NCBI GenBank assembly: GCA_913056255.1
Contig: CAJXLN010000006.1
Span: 3,108 to 67,107 of the forward strand
DNA length: 64,000 bases
Origin: an uncultured Thermotogae bacterium
Lineage (GTDB): Bacteria > Thermotogota > Thermotogae > Mesoaciditogales > Mesoaciditogaceae
Direction: 5' to 3'
Below, one piece after another: positions 38,691 through 47,690 of this stretch (the first letter of the stretch is position 1; every line of letters begins with the position of its first letter). Made by a program: the position numbers and the translations under genes. The notes under the pieces are model-generated. The model worked only from the letters and a program-made list of their open reading frames with translations. It ran no database searches and had not been told where the DNA came from.

Positions 38691-39653
38691 ATGAAATGGG
38701 TGTTGAGTTTATTGCCAACACTGCTGGGGCTTTATTTAGGATATGAATTACATCCTTTTATGGGTATCCTTCCCGGAGGAGTCATAGGAGCATCAGCTGG
38801 AGTTGTGCTTTATTTTTTGGCTAAGGACATTCAAAGTAAAAAAATTGAACCTATTGAGTTTTCAGTTGGGCTCGCTTCTTTTGTCATTTTCGTGTTTACC
38901 GGTAATTTCATCATCGCTGATTACCTTGGAAAGGATTTTGTAACGATCACGATTGGAAAATCCGTGATCGTTCTGATCGCACTTTTGGGAGCACTTCTCA
39001 TAGCTAAAAGAGTTGAGTTATCACGTTTTTTGACATTGAAACGTAAGTCCAACTATGGTAGTTTTATATTTGATACCTCTGCCCTTTTAGAAGATAAAAT
39101 ATTAGATCTTTTTGCTATAGGTCTATTTAACAGTAAGGTAATAGTTCCTCAATTCGTATTAACGGAGCTTCAAAAGTTAGCTGATAGTACAGATGATGAA
39201 AAAAAAGGAAAAGGCCGCAGAGGATTTGAAATTGTAGAGAAGATCAAAAAAATGCCAGATGTTGAACTTGTGATAGATGATACAATAACGTACGAAGATG
39301 GAAAGGTAGATGAGGAGATAGTGAATCTCGCTCACAAGTTCAACGGTCAAGTAGTGACACTTGATTACAATCTAACAAAAGTCGCTCAGCTTCAAGGGGT
39401 TAAAGTGTTGAACTTGAATCATCTCGCTGAGTTACTAAAACCCACTTTGTTGCCTGGTCAGCGAGTTTCGATACATATAATCAGACGTGGCAAAAACAAA
39501 GAACAGGGAATAGGATTCACCGAAGACGGTACAATGATAGTCGTGGAAGACGGAGGAAATTTTGTGGGAGCGCATCGTGAAATTGTTATAACGAATATAC
39601 TTAGAACCAATGCTGGAAAATTGCTATTTGGGAGGATAAATCTCAAATCATGA
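38691..39653 (+). CDS. PIN and TRAM domain membrane protein (YacL-like)
   Basis: N-terminal TM helices, a PIN domain (FIFDTSALLEDKILD) and a C-terminal TRAM-like beta domain. The ATG at 38691 follows AGGGGGA. Confidence 0.75.
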   Translation: MKWVLSLLPTLLGLYLGYELHPFMGILPGGVIGASAGVVLYFLAKDIQSKKIEPIEFSVGLASFVIFVFTGNFIIADYLGKDFVTITIGKSVIVLIALLGALLIAKRVELSRFLTLKRKSNYGSFIFDTSALLEDKILDLFAIGLFNSKVIVPQFVLTELQKLADSTDDEKKGKGRRGFEIVEKIKKMPDVELVIDDTITYEDGKVDEEIVNLAHKFNGQVVTLDYNLTKVAQLQGVKVLNLNHLAELLKPTLLPGQRVSIHIIRRGKNKEQGIGFTEDGTMIVVEDGGNFVGAHREIVITNILRTNAGKLLFGRINLKS

Positions 39654-40303
39654 CAACTGCTGTGTTGTTGTGTGCTGGAAAATCGTCAAGATTTTCAAAG
39701 CGATCGGTAAATAAGACACTTTACGAATTGAACGGGAAGCCTTTGTTCATGTACTCACTTGAAGCTTTTGAAAACTGGGGAGTAGACCGAGTAATACTGG
39801 TTGTCCGAAATCAAGAAAGAAAAGCCTTTGAGATTTTTACAAGATCTTTTGATAATGTTGAATTTTCCTTTGGAGGAGAGAGGAGACAAGATTCTGTTAT
39901 GAATGCACTGAGTATGATTCCAAATGAAGAACACGTGTTGATTCATGATGGCGCAAGACCCATGATCTCAAAGGAATTGATAGAAAGAGTGGCAAGCTCA
40001 ATTTCAGAGAAAAGATGTGTTGTGCCCATGATACCAAGTGATGATGCCCTTCGAATCGAAAAAGATGGAAAGTTGGTTACAGTCGACAGATCCAAAGTTT
40101 TCAGAATGCAAACCCCTCAAGGATGCATTAGCGGAGAGTTGAAGACTCTTTACAGGCGTTTCTCTGATGTACATTTTTATGATGACGCTGCTGCCTTCGA
40201 AAGAGCAGGATTGGAAATTTTCCCAGTTGAAGGTGATAGGAAAAATGTAAAGATCACCACTCAAGATGACATAAAACCCTGGAATGTGGGGAATTATGAA
40301 TGA
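39650..40303 (+). CDS. ispD: 2-C-methyl-D-erythritol 4-phosphate cytidylyltransferase
   Basis: N-terminal AVLLCAGKSSRF, then GGERRQDSV and HDGARP motifs. Confidence 0.85.
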   Translation: MTTAVLLCAGKSSRFSKRSVNKTLYELNGKPLFMYSLEAFENWGVDRVILVVRNQERKAFEIFTRSFDNVEFSFGGERRQDSVMNALSMIPNEEHVLIHDGARPMISKELIERVASSISEKRCVVPMIPSDDALRIEKDGKLVTVDRSKVFRMQTPQGCISGELKTLYRRFSDVHFYDDAAAFERAGLEIFPVEGDRKNVKITTQDDIKPWNVGNYE

Positions 40304-41244
40304 GCCATTACTTACTTTTGCTTGCACTTCCAGCGATATTTCTGGGATGGACTCTTGGATACAACAACATGTCGGCCATCTTTGGTCCACCTGTCGTTGC
40401 TGGGATTATAAAATACAGGACTTCCACGATACTTGCGGCGATTTTCATAATTCTGGGAACGATCATCGGCGGGAGCGCGGGAATGAAAACTGTAAGTTCC
40501 ATCGCAAGTACAGGAGTTATAATGGCCGTGAGTGCCTCTCTTGGGACAGCGATCGTTGTATTGGTGCTGTCAGCGTTCTCTCTTCCGGTTTCTATTACAC
40601 AAGGGATAGCTGGTGCGTTGATAGGTATTGGAATTGTCAATCATACAACACAATGGGGAATTGTTGAGAAGATTATTACAATGTCAGTGATCGCACCATT
40701 TGGAGCGATCGTGATAGCGTATTTAACTCACAAAACCGTTTCTGTTTTTTACAATCGAATTGGATCTATAAGGGTAAAAGGAACTTTTGTCCGTTTGTTT
40801 TCTTTATCAGTTGGCATTTACACCGCTTACTCATTTGGTGCAGATAACGTTGCAAATATTACTGGGCCTTTCATCGGCGCAGAGATGTTTAATGTTCAAC
40901 AGGCACTTATCTTTGGGGCGGCTGCAATGGCACTTGGTGTGCTCACATCGAGTAAAAAAGTTATATACACGGTTGGAAGCGGCATAACAGTTCTTGAACC
41001 TTTTGATGCGGCTATTGCTTTGTTTTCCGAAGCGTCCACTTTGTTAATATTTTCAATAATAGGGGTACCGATATCAAGTGTGCAGGCGATCGTTGGGGCA
41101 GTGATCGGTGTCGGACTCGTTAAAGGAACGAGAATGATCGATTCCAAAACTTTAATTCGAATCATATCAGGCTGGATAGTAACTCCTATTGCTACAGGAA
41201 CGATTGCTGTTATAATATATTCAATATTGAAAATCTGGAGGTGA
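40300..41244 (+). CDS. Inorganic phosphate transporter, PiT family
   Basis: Polytopic protein with duplicated PHO4-type motifs (GYNNMSAIFG and GADNVANITG). Confidence 0.85.
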   Translation: MSHYLLLLALPAIFLGWTLGYNNMSAIFGPPVVAGIIKYRTSTILAAIFIILGTIIGGSAGMKTVSSIASTGVIMAVSASLGTAIVVLVLSAFSLPVSITQGIAGALIGIGIVNHTTQWGIVEKIITMSVIAPFGAIVIAYLTHKTVSVFYNRIGSIRVKGTFVRLFSLSVGIYTAYSFGADNVANITGPFIGAEMFNVQQALIFGAAAMALGVLTSSKKVIYTVGSGITVLEPFDAAIALFSEASTLLIFSIIGVPISSVQAIVGAVIGVGLVKGTRMIDSKTLIRIISGWIVTPIATGTIAVIIYSILKIWR

Positions 41245-41247
41245 GTT

Positions 41248-41883
41248 ATGTCGATCCTGTTCGGAAAGAAAGAAGACGAGGTAATCAGTTCATTTAAAGA
41301 ACACTTACAAGCCGTTCAAAAAGTCGTGGAAACAGCTTTTAAAATTCTTGAAGGTCAGGAATCAGAAAGAGAAAGCATCGTGAAAGATGTTAGAAAGTAC
41401 GAAACAGAAGCTGATTCAATCAGAAGGAATGTGGAAACTATGATGTATTCAGGTGCATTCCTTGCTCATTCACGTGGAGATATGCTGGGCCTAATTGAGG
41501 CAGTAGATAAAATTGCCAATAAGGCAGAAACGGTGTCAGATGTTGTGTATCTTCAGAAGTTAAAAATCCCGAATTCTTTGTTGAATAAATACGTTGAGGA
41601 ATACGAGTGCTCCTTGAATACATACAAAGCGCTTGAAAAGTCCATTGAAACCCTATTTAGCGATACAGAAAAAACGAAGAAGTTCGTTCTGGAAGTTGAA
41701 AAATTGGAAAACATGGGTGATAAGATCGAAAGAGGTTTGATACTCGATCTATTCAAATTGGATTTAGAACTCGCGCAGAAGATTCAACTGCGAGAACTCG
41801 CCCTTCAGATTGGAGATATTGCAGATAGATCCGAAGATGCTTCAGATAGAATTGAAATTATCATTCTGAAAACAGGTGCTTGA
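41248..41883 (+). CDS. DUF47 / PhoU-like phosphate transport regulator
   Basis: 211-aa helical protein that follows a PiT gene, which is the conserved PiT-DUF47 pair. ETEADSIRR motif. Confidence 0.8.
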   Translation: MSILFGKKEDEVISSFKEHLQAVQKVVETAFKILEGQESERESIVKDVRKYETEADSIRRNVETMMYSGAFLAHSRGDMLGLIEAVDKIANKAETVSDVVYLQKLKIPNSLLNKYVEEYECSLNTYKALEKSIETLFSDTEKTKKFVLEVEKLENMGDKIERGLILDLFKLDLELAQKIQLRELALQIGDIADRSEDASDRIEIIILKTGA

Positions 41884-41886
41884 AAT

Positions 41887-42195
41887 ATGGGAAAACCAGA
41901 AGATATTTTTGAAGTCATAAAAACCCTGAAAAAGCTCAGATCTTCTGGGGGATGTGAATGGGGGATATCGCACAGACTGACAAGAGTGGAAAATAGGAGA
42001 TTTCACCTTTTTTACCGTTGAAATTTCGCAAGGCCTTTGAACATTGATCTAAAAGTTGCAGTCCGAAAATCGGAGAAATTCATAGAACGATTTGAGCGAA
42101 TGGCTAAGAACTCTGAAAAAAATAGAATAGAATTCAAATCTCAATCAATTGAGATAATGGAAGAATTTTGGCAGAAAGCCAAAGAAGGAGAGTGA
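41887..42195 (+). pseudogene. mazG: mazG-like nucleoside triphosphate pyrophosphohydrolase remnant (internal deletion plus in-frame stop)
   Basis: A single frame reads MGKPEDIFEVIKTLKKLRSSGGCEWG...FYR, then TGA (42019-42021), then NFARPLNIDLKVAVRKSEKFIERFERMAKNSEKNR...IEIMEEFWQKAKEGE. The two ends resemble the MazG N- and C-termini, and the catalytic middle is absent. Confidence 0.6.
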
Positions 42196-42201
42196 AGGAT
42201 C

Positions 42202-43227
42202 TTGAAGAAAATGTTGTTGTTGTTATCCATTCTTGGAATGGTAAGTATCATATCTTTTGCCGCGTCGGGGACTACGGCCGTTAGCACACCGGCTTCCGCA
42301 ATGGTGGTAGCATTGGTGAACGGTGAGCCAATTCATGCAAATACCTTGCAAAATGCGGCCAATATAGGTCAAACGCTCATGGCGATAAGGAAAGTGAACC
42401 TCAAAATGTATCAGCTTCTTCTATCTTCGAAAGAGGGAACTGATTTTTTAAAGGCTTACAATAGATCTGTACTGAACGATTTAGTGGATTCTGTTCTCAT
42501 GGAACAAATTGCATTTAAAGATTACAACATCCAGGTAACGGAAAAAGAAGCACTTAACAACGTTAAGGAACAAGTTGCAAAGATGCTGTCTTCTTATAAG
42601 ATAACAAAAGAGCAATTTTCTCAATATTTGCAGTCTCAGGGATATGGGGATATAAAGCAATTTGAGGAGAATTCCGTTTTTACCCTTAAATTTTCTATGA
42701 CAGTAGACCTTCTCAAGAAAGCAGTTACTTCTTCTGCCACCGTCAGCAATAAAGAAATCAAGCAGTATTACAACGCGAATATTGATTCCTTCAAAACTCC
42801 CAAACAGATAAACGTGGAGCATATCATGCTCAATTCGGAAGCCACTGCTGACAAAGTGTTAAAAGAGATAAAATCCAACGCGATCACATTTGAATCAGCG
42901 GCTGCTAAATATTCTCTTGATGTTCAAAGCAAAGATAAAAATGGCGATATTGGATGGATACCCGAAAGCAAAAATATGCCCGCTTACGAAGTCAAACTGT
43001 TCAGCACGAATATTGGTGGTATAGTTGGGCCCGTAAAAACTTCATACGGCTGGGAACTCTTTAAAGTTATCGGAAAAAAGAGTGCATCGATCAAGAGCTT
43101 ATCGGAATCTTCCGCGGAAATAAATAAAACCCTTCTTTCTAAAAAACAAGAAAAACTCTGGAACGATTGGCTCAACAGCGTGTTTAAGAAATTCAAATCG
43201 AGCAGCAAAATAAAGATAATGATATAA
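42202..43227 (+). CDS. Peptidylprolyl isomerase, parvulin/PpiC type (SurA/PrsA-like), secreted
   Basis: Signal peptide and a parvulin core (INVEHIML..., DKNGDIGWI, GPVKTSYGWELFKV). Confidence 0.8.
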   Translation: MKKMLLLLSILGMVSIISFAASGTTAVSTPASAMVVALVNGEPIHANTLQNAANIGQTLMAIRKVNLKMYQLLLSSKEGTDFLKAYNRSVLNDLVDSVLMEQIAFKDYNIQVTEKEALNNVKEQVAKMLSSYKITKEQFSQYLQSQGYGDIKQFEENSVFTLKFSMTVDLLKKAVTSSATVSNKEIKQYYNANIDSFKTPKQINVEHIMLNSEATADKVLKEIKSNAITFESAAAKYSLDVQSKDKNGDIGWIPESKNMPAYEVKLFSTNIGGIVGPVKTSYGWELFKVIGKKSASIKSLSESSAEINKTLLSKKQEKLWNDWLNSVFKKFKSSSKIKIMI

Positions 43228-43271
43228 AATGTACGAAAGGCCCTGAAATAGGCCCGAAAAGAGGTGAAATA

Positions 43272-43574
43272 ATGGCCGTTACAAAAGAGGAAATAATGAA
43301 TGCCCTCAGATCCGTGATGGATCCTGAAATAGGACTGGACGTTGTCTCATTGGGTTTAGTTTATGATGTCAGTATCTCGGACTCAGGAGAAGTTCAGATT
43401 AAAATGACCATGACCACTCCTGGATGTCCGTTGGTGGGAATGATGACCGAAGATGTTAAAAACGTGATAGAGACCATTGATGGTGTGAAATCCGTTCAAG
43501 TAGAACTCGTATGGGATCCGCCGTGGACTGCAGATATGATAGCCCCGGAGGTAAGAGCAAAACTTGGCATCTAA
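43272..43574 (+). CDS. DUF59 (MIP18/SufT-like) iron-sulfur cluster assembly protein
   Basis: VMDPEIGLDVVSLGLVYDV and TMTTPGCPL motifs. Confidence 0.8.
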   Translation: MAVTKEEIMNALRSVMDPEIGLDVVSLGLVYDVSISDSGEVQIKMTMTTPGCPLVGMMTEDVKNVIETIDGVKSVQVELVWDPPWTADMIAPEVRAKLGI

Positions 43575-44385
43575 CGTGATCTGGAACGTTAAATCTTTAC
43601 TTGATTGGACAACGAAATATTTGAGTAAAATTTCAAGATCTCCGCGTTCAGACGCGGAGATCCTTTTGAGCTATGTGATGAAGAAAGATAGATTGTGGTT
43701 GTACACGAATTTTGACTCGGAACTTTCCAGCAACGTTCTTGATAAATACCGTGAAATTGTTAAACTCAGACATAGTGGAACACCTGTTCAATACATAACA
43801 GGTGAGAAAGATTTCATGGCTTTGAAATTCAAGATAAGCAAGGGGGTTTTAGTGCCTCGCCCAGAAACGGAGGACTTGGTTGAGCGCCTTTTGATGGACG
43901 CGAGAGTGAATAAATGGAAGAGTTTTTTAGATATTGGATGTGGTAGTGGCGTCATATCTGTTTCTATAGCGAAGTACATCCCAGACGCAGAGGTTTGGGC
44001 TGTAGATGTGAGTGAAGATGCGATACGCCTTACACGAGAAAATGCCGAAAAACATGGAGTCTCCAGCAGAATTCATGTGCATAAAGGGTACGTTGAACTC
44101 AAGGATGTCGATATCGTGATTTCGAATCCACCTTACCTTACCGAAGAGGAATGGGAGACACTCAAAGAATTGCATGGAGAGCCTATTGAAGCCCTTGTTG
44201 GTGGGAAAAATGGGAATGATGTGTACGAAGAGATAATTCAAAAATACTCTCCAAAGCGCTTTTATTTTGAAATAGCTCATCCCTTCAGGCAATCTTTGAA
44301 ACGTCTTTTTGATGCAAATGGACTCAAATATGAGATTTTTAAAGACCTCTCAAAGAGAGACAGGATAGCGATAGTTTGGAGGTAA
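43564..44385 (+). CDS. prmC: Peptide chain release factor N5-glutamine methyltransferase
   Basis: SAM motif LDIGCGSGVIS and the catalytic NPPY. Non-ATG start, with the GTG at 43576 as an alternative. Confidence 0.85.
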   Translation: MASNVIWNVKSLLDWTTKYLSKISRSPRSDAEILLSYVMKKDRLWLYTNFDSELSSNVLDKYREIVKLRHSGTPVQYITGEKDFMALKFKISKGVLVPRPETEDLVERLLMDARVNKWKSFLDIGCGSGVISVSIAKYIPDAEVWAVDVSEDAIRLTRENAEKHGVSSRIHVHKGYVELKDVDIVISNPPYLTEEEWETLKELHGEPIEALVGGKNGNDVYEEIIQKYSPKRFYFEIAHPFRQSLKRLFDANGLKYEIFKDLSKRDRIAIVWR

Positions 44386-44386
44386 A

Positions 44387-45025
44387 ATGGCACGTATACT
44401 TTTGGTTGAAGATGATCCCACGATGCGAGAGATCATGAAACTTTATTTTGAAAAGTCGCACGACGTTTCTCTTGCTGAAGACGGACTTTTGGCCGTCAAA
44501 TTCATGAACGAAGAGAGATTCGACATCATCGTATTAGATCTCATTCTTCCAAAACTCAGCGGGGATTCAGTGGCTCAAGTTGCAAACGCAAAGGGAATTC
44601 CAGTGATAATGGTAACCGCCAAAAATTCAGAAGCGGACATTCTTAACGGTTTGAGAATTGGAGCACTGGATTACGTCACCAAACCCTTTTCACCAAAAGT
44701 CCTTCTTGCCAAAGTTGACAATTTTCTCAAGCGTCTGTCCAACAGCCCAAAACTTCCTACAATAGACATCATTTCACGAACTTTGATTACGAAGGACGCA
44801 CGCGTAGCTCTAAGTCCAACAGAAACCTCTTTACTCTCAGAGATGATGAAAAAGCCTGGGAAAGCGTTCAACAGACATAAACTTATGGAACTTGTGTGGG
44901 GAAGGAAAGAAGTTTCGAAAAGAATAGTGGACGCAACTGTTAAAAACCTCAGAAAAAAACTCAAAGGCACTGGTATGGAAATTCGAACGATTGTCGGTAT
45001 AGGATACGTATTGGAGATAAAATAG
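44387..45025 (+). CDS. Response regulator, OmpR/PhoB-type winged helix
   Basis: Receiver domain (ILLVEDD, DIIVLDLILP, KPF) and a C-terminal trans_reg_C-like region (VDATVKNLRKKL, GIGYVL). Confidence 0.85.
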   Translation: MARILLVEDDPTMREIMKLYFEKSHDVSLAEDGLLAVKFMNEERFDIIVLDLILPKLSGDSVAQVANAKGIPVIMVTAKNSEADILNGLRIGALDYVTKPFSPKVLLAKVDNFLKRLSNSPKLPTIDIISRTLITKDARVALSPTETSLLSEMMKKPGKAFNRHKLMELVWGRKEVSKRIVDATVKNLRKKLKGTGMEIRTIVGIGYVLEIK

Positions 45026-45027
45026 AG

Positions 45028-46050
45028 ATGAGATTATCGAGAAAATTTTTACTCTACGTTATAGTGCCAGTTTCTATAATGGGGATTTTGATGATGTTTG
45101 AAACTGAAAGAATGTTTGACGAACAGTTCAACAGATTTGTGCGCGGTAGAATCGAACTGAGGATGTTTTATGATCTTAATCCTTACACACAAAGAACGGT
45201 AGTGATGAAATTAGAGCGTGCGAAGAGAATGACTGCTACCAGGATATTCCTTACATTTGCTTCGGCATTCGGCATATCCATAGCAATTGCTCTTGTTCTT
45301 TCGGAAATATTTCAGAAAAAAGTTTCCAGTGTTATCAACGAAGTTTCTCGTGCCGCGGATAAAATGGCTTACGGTGAAAAAGTTGAGATTCAAAATTCGG
45401 ATTTCTCGATTGAGATAGAAAAACTAACCAAAGGCGTTAGAAGACTTTCGCAAAAATTAGCAGAGCGCTCCTTGGCGCGAAAGAACATGACTTCGAGTGT
45501 TTATCATGAGATAATGACACCTTTGAGTGTGATTAAAATGCAGTTGGAAGCGCTAAGAGACGGAATGATACCGTACGATCCCAAACTTACCGAAAAAATG
45601 ATATCCAACGTTGATCACATATCCCAGGTTCTCAAAGATCTGAAAAACATAGAAGGTGGAGAATTGAAATATTCTCAGGAAAAATTTGATGCTGGGTTAG
45701 AATGCGATGAACTGTGCAAAATATTCACGAGTGTTGTTGAATCTCGTGGTGTACATTTGGAATGTTATATTCAAAATGTTTATATTTTAGCCGATCGTCA
45801 ACGATTCAGACAGGTTATATTCAACATCATGTCCAATGTCGCAAAATACACTCCAACAGGTGGAAAGGTGAAAGTAAAAGTTAATTCTCATGGAATCGAA
45901 ATTTTTAACACCTTCGAATACGATCCCCCAAAAATCTCCGAATACGGAACAGGGTTGAAATTTGTCAAACACTTCTGCGAATTTCACGGATGGAAATTCC
46001 TTTTTGAAAAAGTTGAAGGTGGCATTAAAACTGAGATAGTAATCGTGTAA
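45028..46050 (+). CDS. Sensor histidine kinase
   Basis: Two TM helices, H-box SSVYHEIMTPLS, and N-box FNIMSNVAKYTP. The G1 box looks degenerate, and G2 reads GTGLKF. Confidence 0.8.
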   Translation: MRLSRKFLLYVIVPVSIMGILMMFETERMFDEQFNRFVRGRIELRMFYDLNPYTQRTVVMKLERAKRMTATRIFLTFASAFGISIAIALVLSEIFQKKVSSVINEVSRAADKMAYGEKVEIQNSDFSIEIEKLTKGVRRLSQKLAERSLARKNMTSSVYHEIMTPLSVIKMQLEALRDGMIPYDPKLTEKMISNVDHISQVLKDLKNIEGGELKYSQEKFDAGLECDELCKIFTSVVESRGVHLECYIQNVYILADRQRFRQVIFNIMSNVAKYTPTGGKVKVKVNSHGIEIFNTFEYDPPKISEYGTGLKFVKHFCEFHGWKFLFEKVEGGIKTEIVIV

Positions 46051-46089
46051 AAATTTTCCTCTTGACAAAGTTAGTATAATGTACTTGAG

Positions 46090-46935
46090 GTGATGAAAAT
46101 GAAAAGCATTTTTACGTCGCTCGTTATTTTAGTCCTTTTATTAACATCCGTATTCGCTTCTTTATCGGTCGTTGTGAGCATACCTCCACTGGGATACGCG
46201 ACTCAATACATCGGTGGGAAGTCGGTGAATGTTGACATACTCGTAAAAGCCGGAGATAATCCTCACAATTACAGTCTCAGTCCTCAGCAAGTAATGAAGA
46301 TATCAAAAATGACGGCCTTTATCGATCTTGGCCTTACGGAAGACGAGTGGATAGCGCAAAGAGTTAAAGCGATAAGTCCAAATATAAAAGTGTTCAATTC
46401 TACTAACGGTATGAGTCATCTTTTAATAGGAACGAATGGTTCCTACAATCCTCATGTATGGCTCGATGTGAAGTTATACGAATTGATGTGTATCAACATC
46501 TACGATGATCTTGTGAAACTCGATCCTGGAGATCGAGAGAAGTTTTCATACAATTTGGGAAATCTTTTGATAAAACTCAACGATCTTGATGATAAGATAA
46601 GAGAAGAACTCAAGCCATTTCATGGAAAACCTTTTGTGGCGCAACACCCTGCCTGGGTGTATTTTGCGCGTGCTTACGATCTTGGAAAAGAATATTCGCT
46701 TATGAATGACTCTGGTCAAACAGTAGGTCCAAGGGAATATCAAAAGATCGTTGAATCCATGAAACGTTATAAAATCGGATCGATAATTGGCGATCCTGTG
46801 ACACCTGTAAAAATCGCTTACTCACTTTCTAAAGACACCGACGCTGAAATTGTAGAAATAAACCCTATTTACACGACAGATTACTTCAAGTTGATGACAA
46901 CTGTGTCAGAAAAATTTGTAGAGGCCTTCAGATGA
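46090..46935 (+). CDS. Metal (Zn/Mn) ABC transporter substrate-binding protein, cluster 9 / TroA-ZnuA family
   Basis: Signal peptide and NPHNYSL, NPHVWLD and HPAWVYFARAY motifs. Confidence 0.8.
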   Translation: MMKMKSIFTSLVILVLLLTSVFASLSVVVSIPPLGYATQYIGGKSVNVDILVKAGDNPHNYSLSPQQVMKISKMTAFIDLGLTEDEWIAQRVKAISPNIKVFNSTNGMSHLLIGTNGSYNPHVWLDVKLYELMCINIYDDLVKLDPGDREKFSYNLGNLLIKLNDLDDKIREELKPFHGKPFVAQHPAWVYFARAYDLGKEYSLMNDSGQTVGPREYQKIVESMKRYKIGSIIGDPVTPVKIAYSLSKDTDAEIVEINPIYTTDYFKLMTTVSEKFVEAFR

Positions 46936-47690
46936 GCAAAGGGGTCTTGTTTATCGACTCGCTGACCGTGCGATACGATCATCGTGTTGCGATCTCTAAA
47001 ATATCCATAAAACTCGATTTAGGTAAGTTCCATGTCATCATGGGTCCAAACGGTGGTGGAAAGACCACGTTAATCAGAGCCATTGTAGGGTTGGTACCTT
47101 ACGAAGGAAAAATAGAAATAGATGGTTTGAATATGAAAAAATACTTGAAGAAGCATCCCATAGGCTACCTTGCGCAACGAGGAGCGCAATTTCAATCTTT
47201 TCCGTTAACCGTTCTCCAGGTTGTGGAAATGGGTCGCTACCATTTCAAGGAATCAAAAGCGGTGAGAAAAAAGCATGCAAGGCAATATCTCAATGAGGTT
47301 AAAATGGATTCACTCGCAAATCGTTCTATAGGAGAGCTCAGTGGCGGACAGCAACAGCGAGTTTTGATAGCTCGGGCTCTGGCAACTGAATCAAAGCTTA
47401 TGATCATGGATGAGCCTTTAACTGGTATGGATCCACGATCCCAGTCGAAATTTTATGAAATGATTGAGCGTATCAAGGAAAGATATTCCTTAACGATCAT
47501 CATATCCAGCCATGATGTGGGTTTTACGACGGCATATGCCGAGAATGTCTTTTGTATAAACAAACATCTTGTTCCACATGATGAAGCGGCGAAATTACTC
47601 AATGATCCAGAAATAAAAAAAATATACGGATCAAAAATTCGTCTCGTAGAACATCATCACTTGCCCTCGGAGGAAAAAGAAGATGTTTGA
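46932..47690 (+). CDS. Metal ABC transporter ATP-binding protein
   Basis: Walker A GPNGGGKTT, signature LSGGQQQR, and Walker B LMIMDEP. Confidence 0.85.
   Translation: MSKGVLFIDSLTVRYDHRVAISKISIKLDLGKFHVIMGPNGGGKTTLIRAIVGLVPYEGKIEIDGLNMKKYLKKHPIGYLAQRGAQFQSFPLTVLQVVEMGRYHFKESKAVRKKHARQYLNEVKMDSLANRSIGELSGGQQQRVLIARALATESKLMIMDEPLTGMDPRSQSKFYEMIERIKERYSLTIIISSHDVGFTTAYAENVFCINKHLVPHDEAAKLLNDPEIKKIYGSKIRLVEHHHLPSEEKEDV

Noticed and set aside
46062-46080. TTGACA and TATAAT hexamers upstream of the metal ABC transporter, as a promoter or metalloregulator box
   Set aside because: The two hexamers are only 7 nt apart, so they cannot form one sigma-70 promoter. The surrounding sequence is only weakly palindromic, so a Zur/MntR box cannot be supported by eye.
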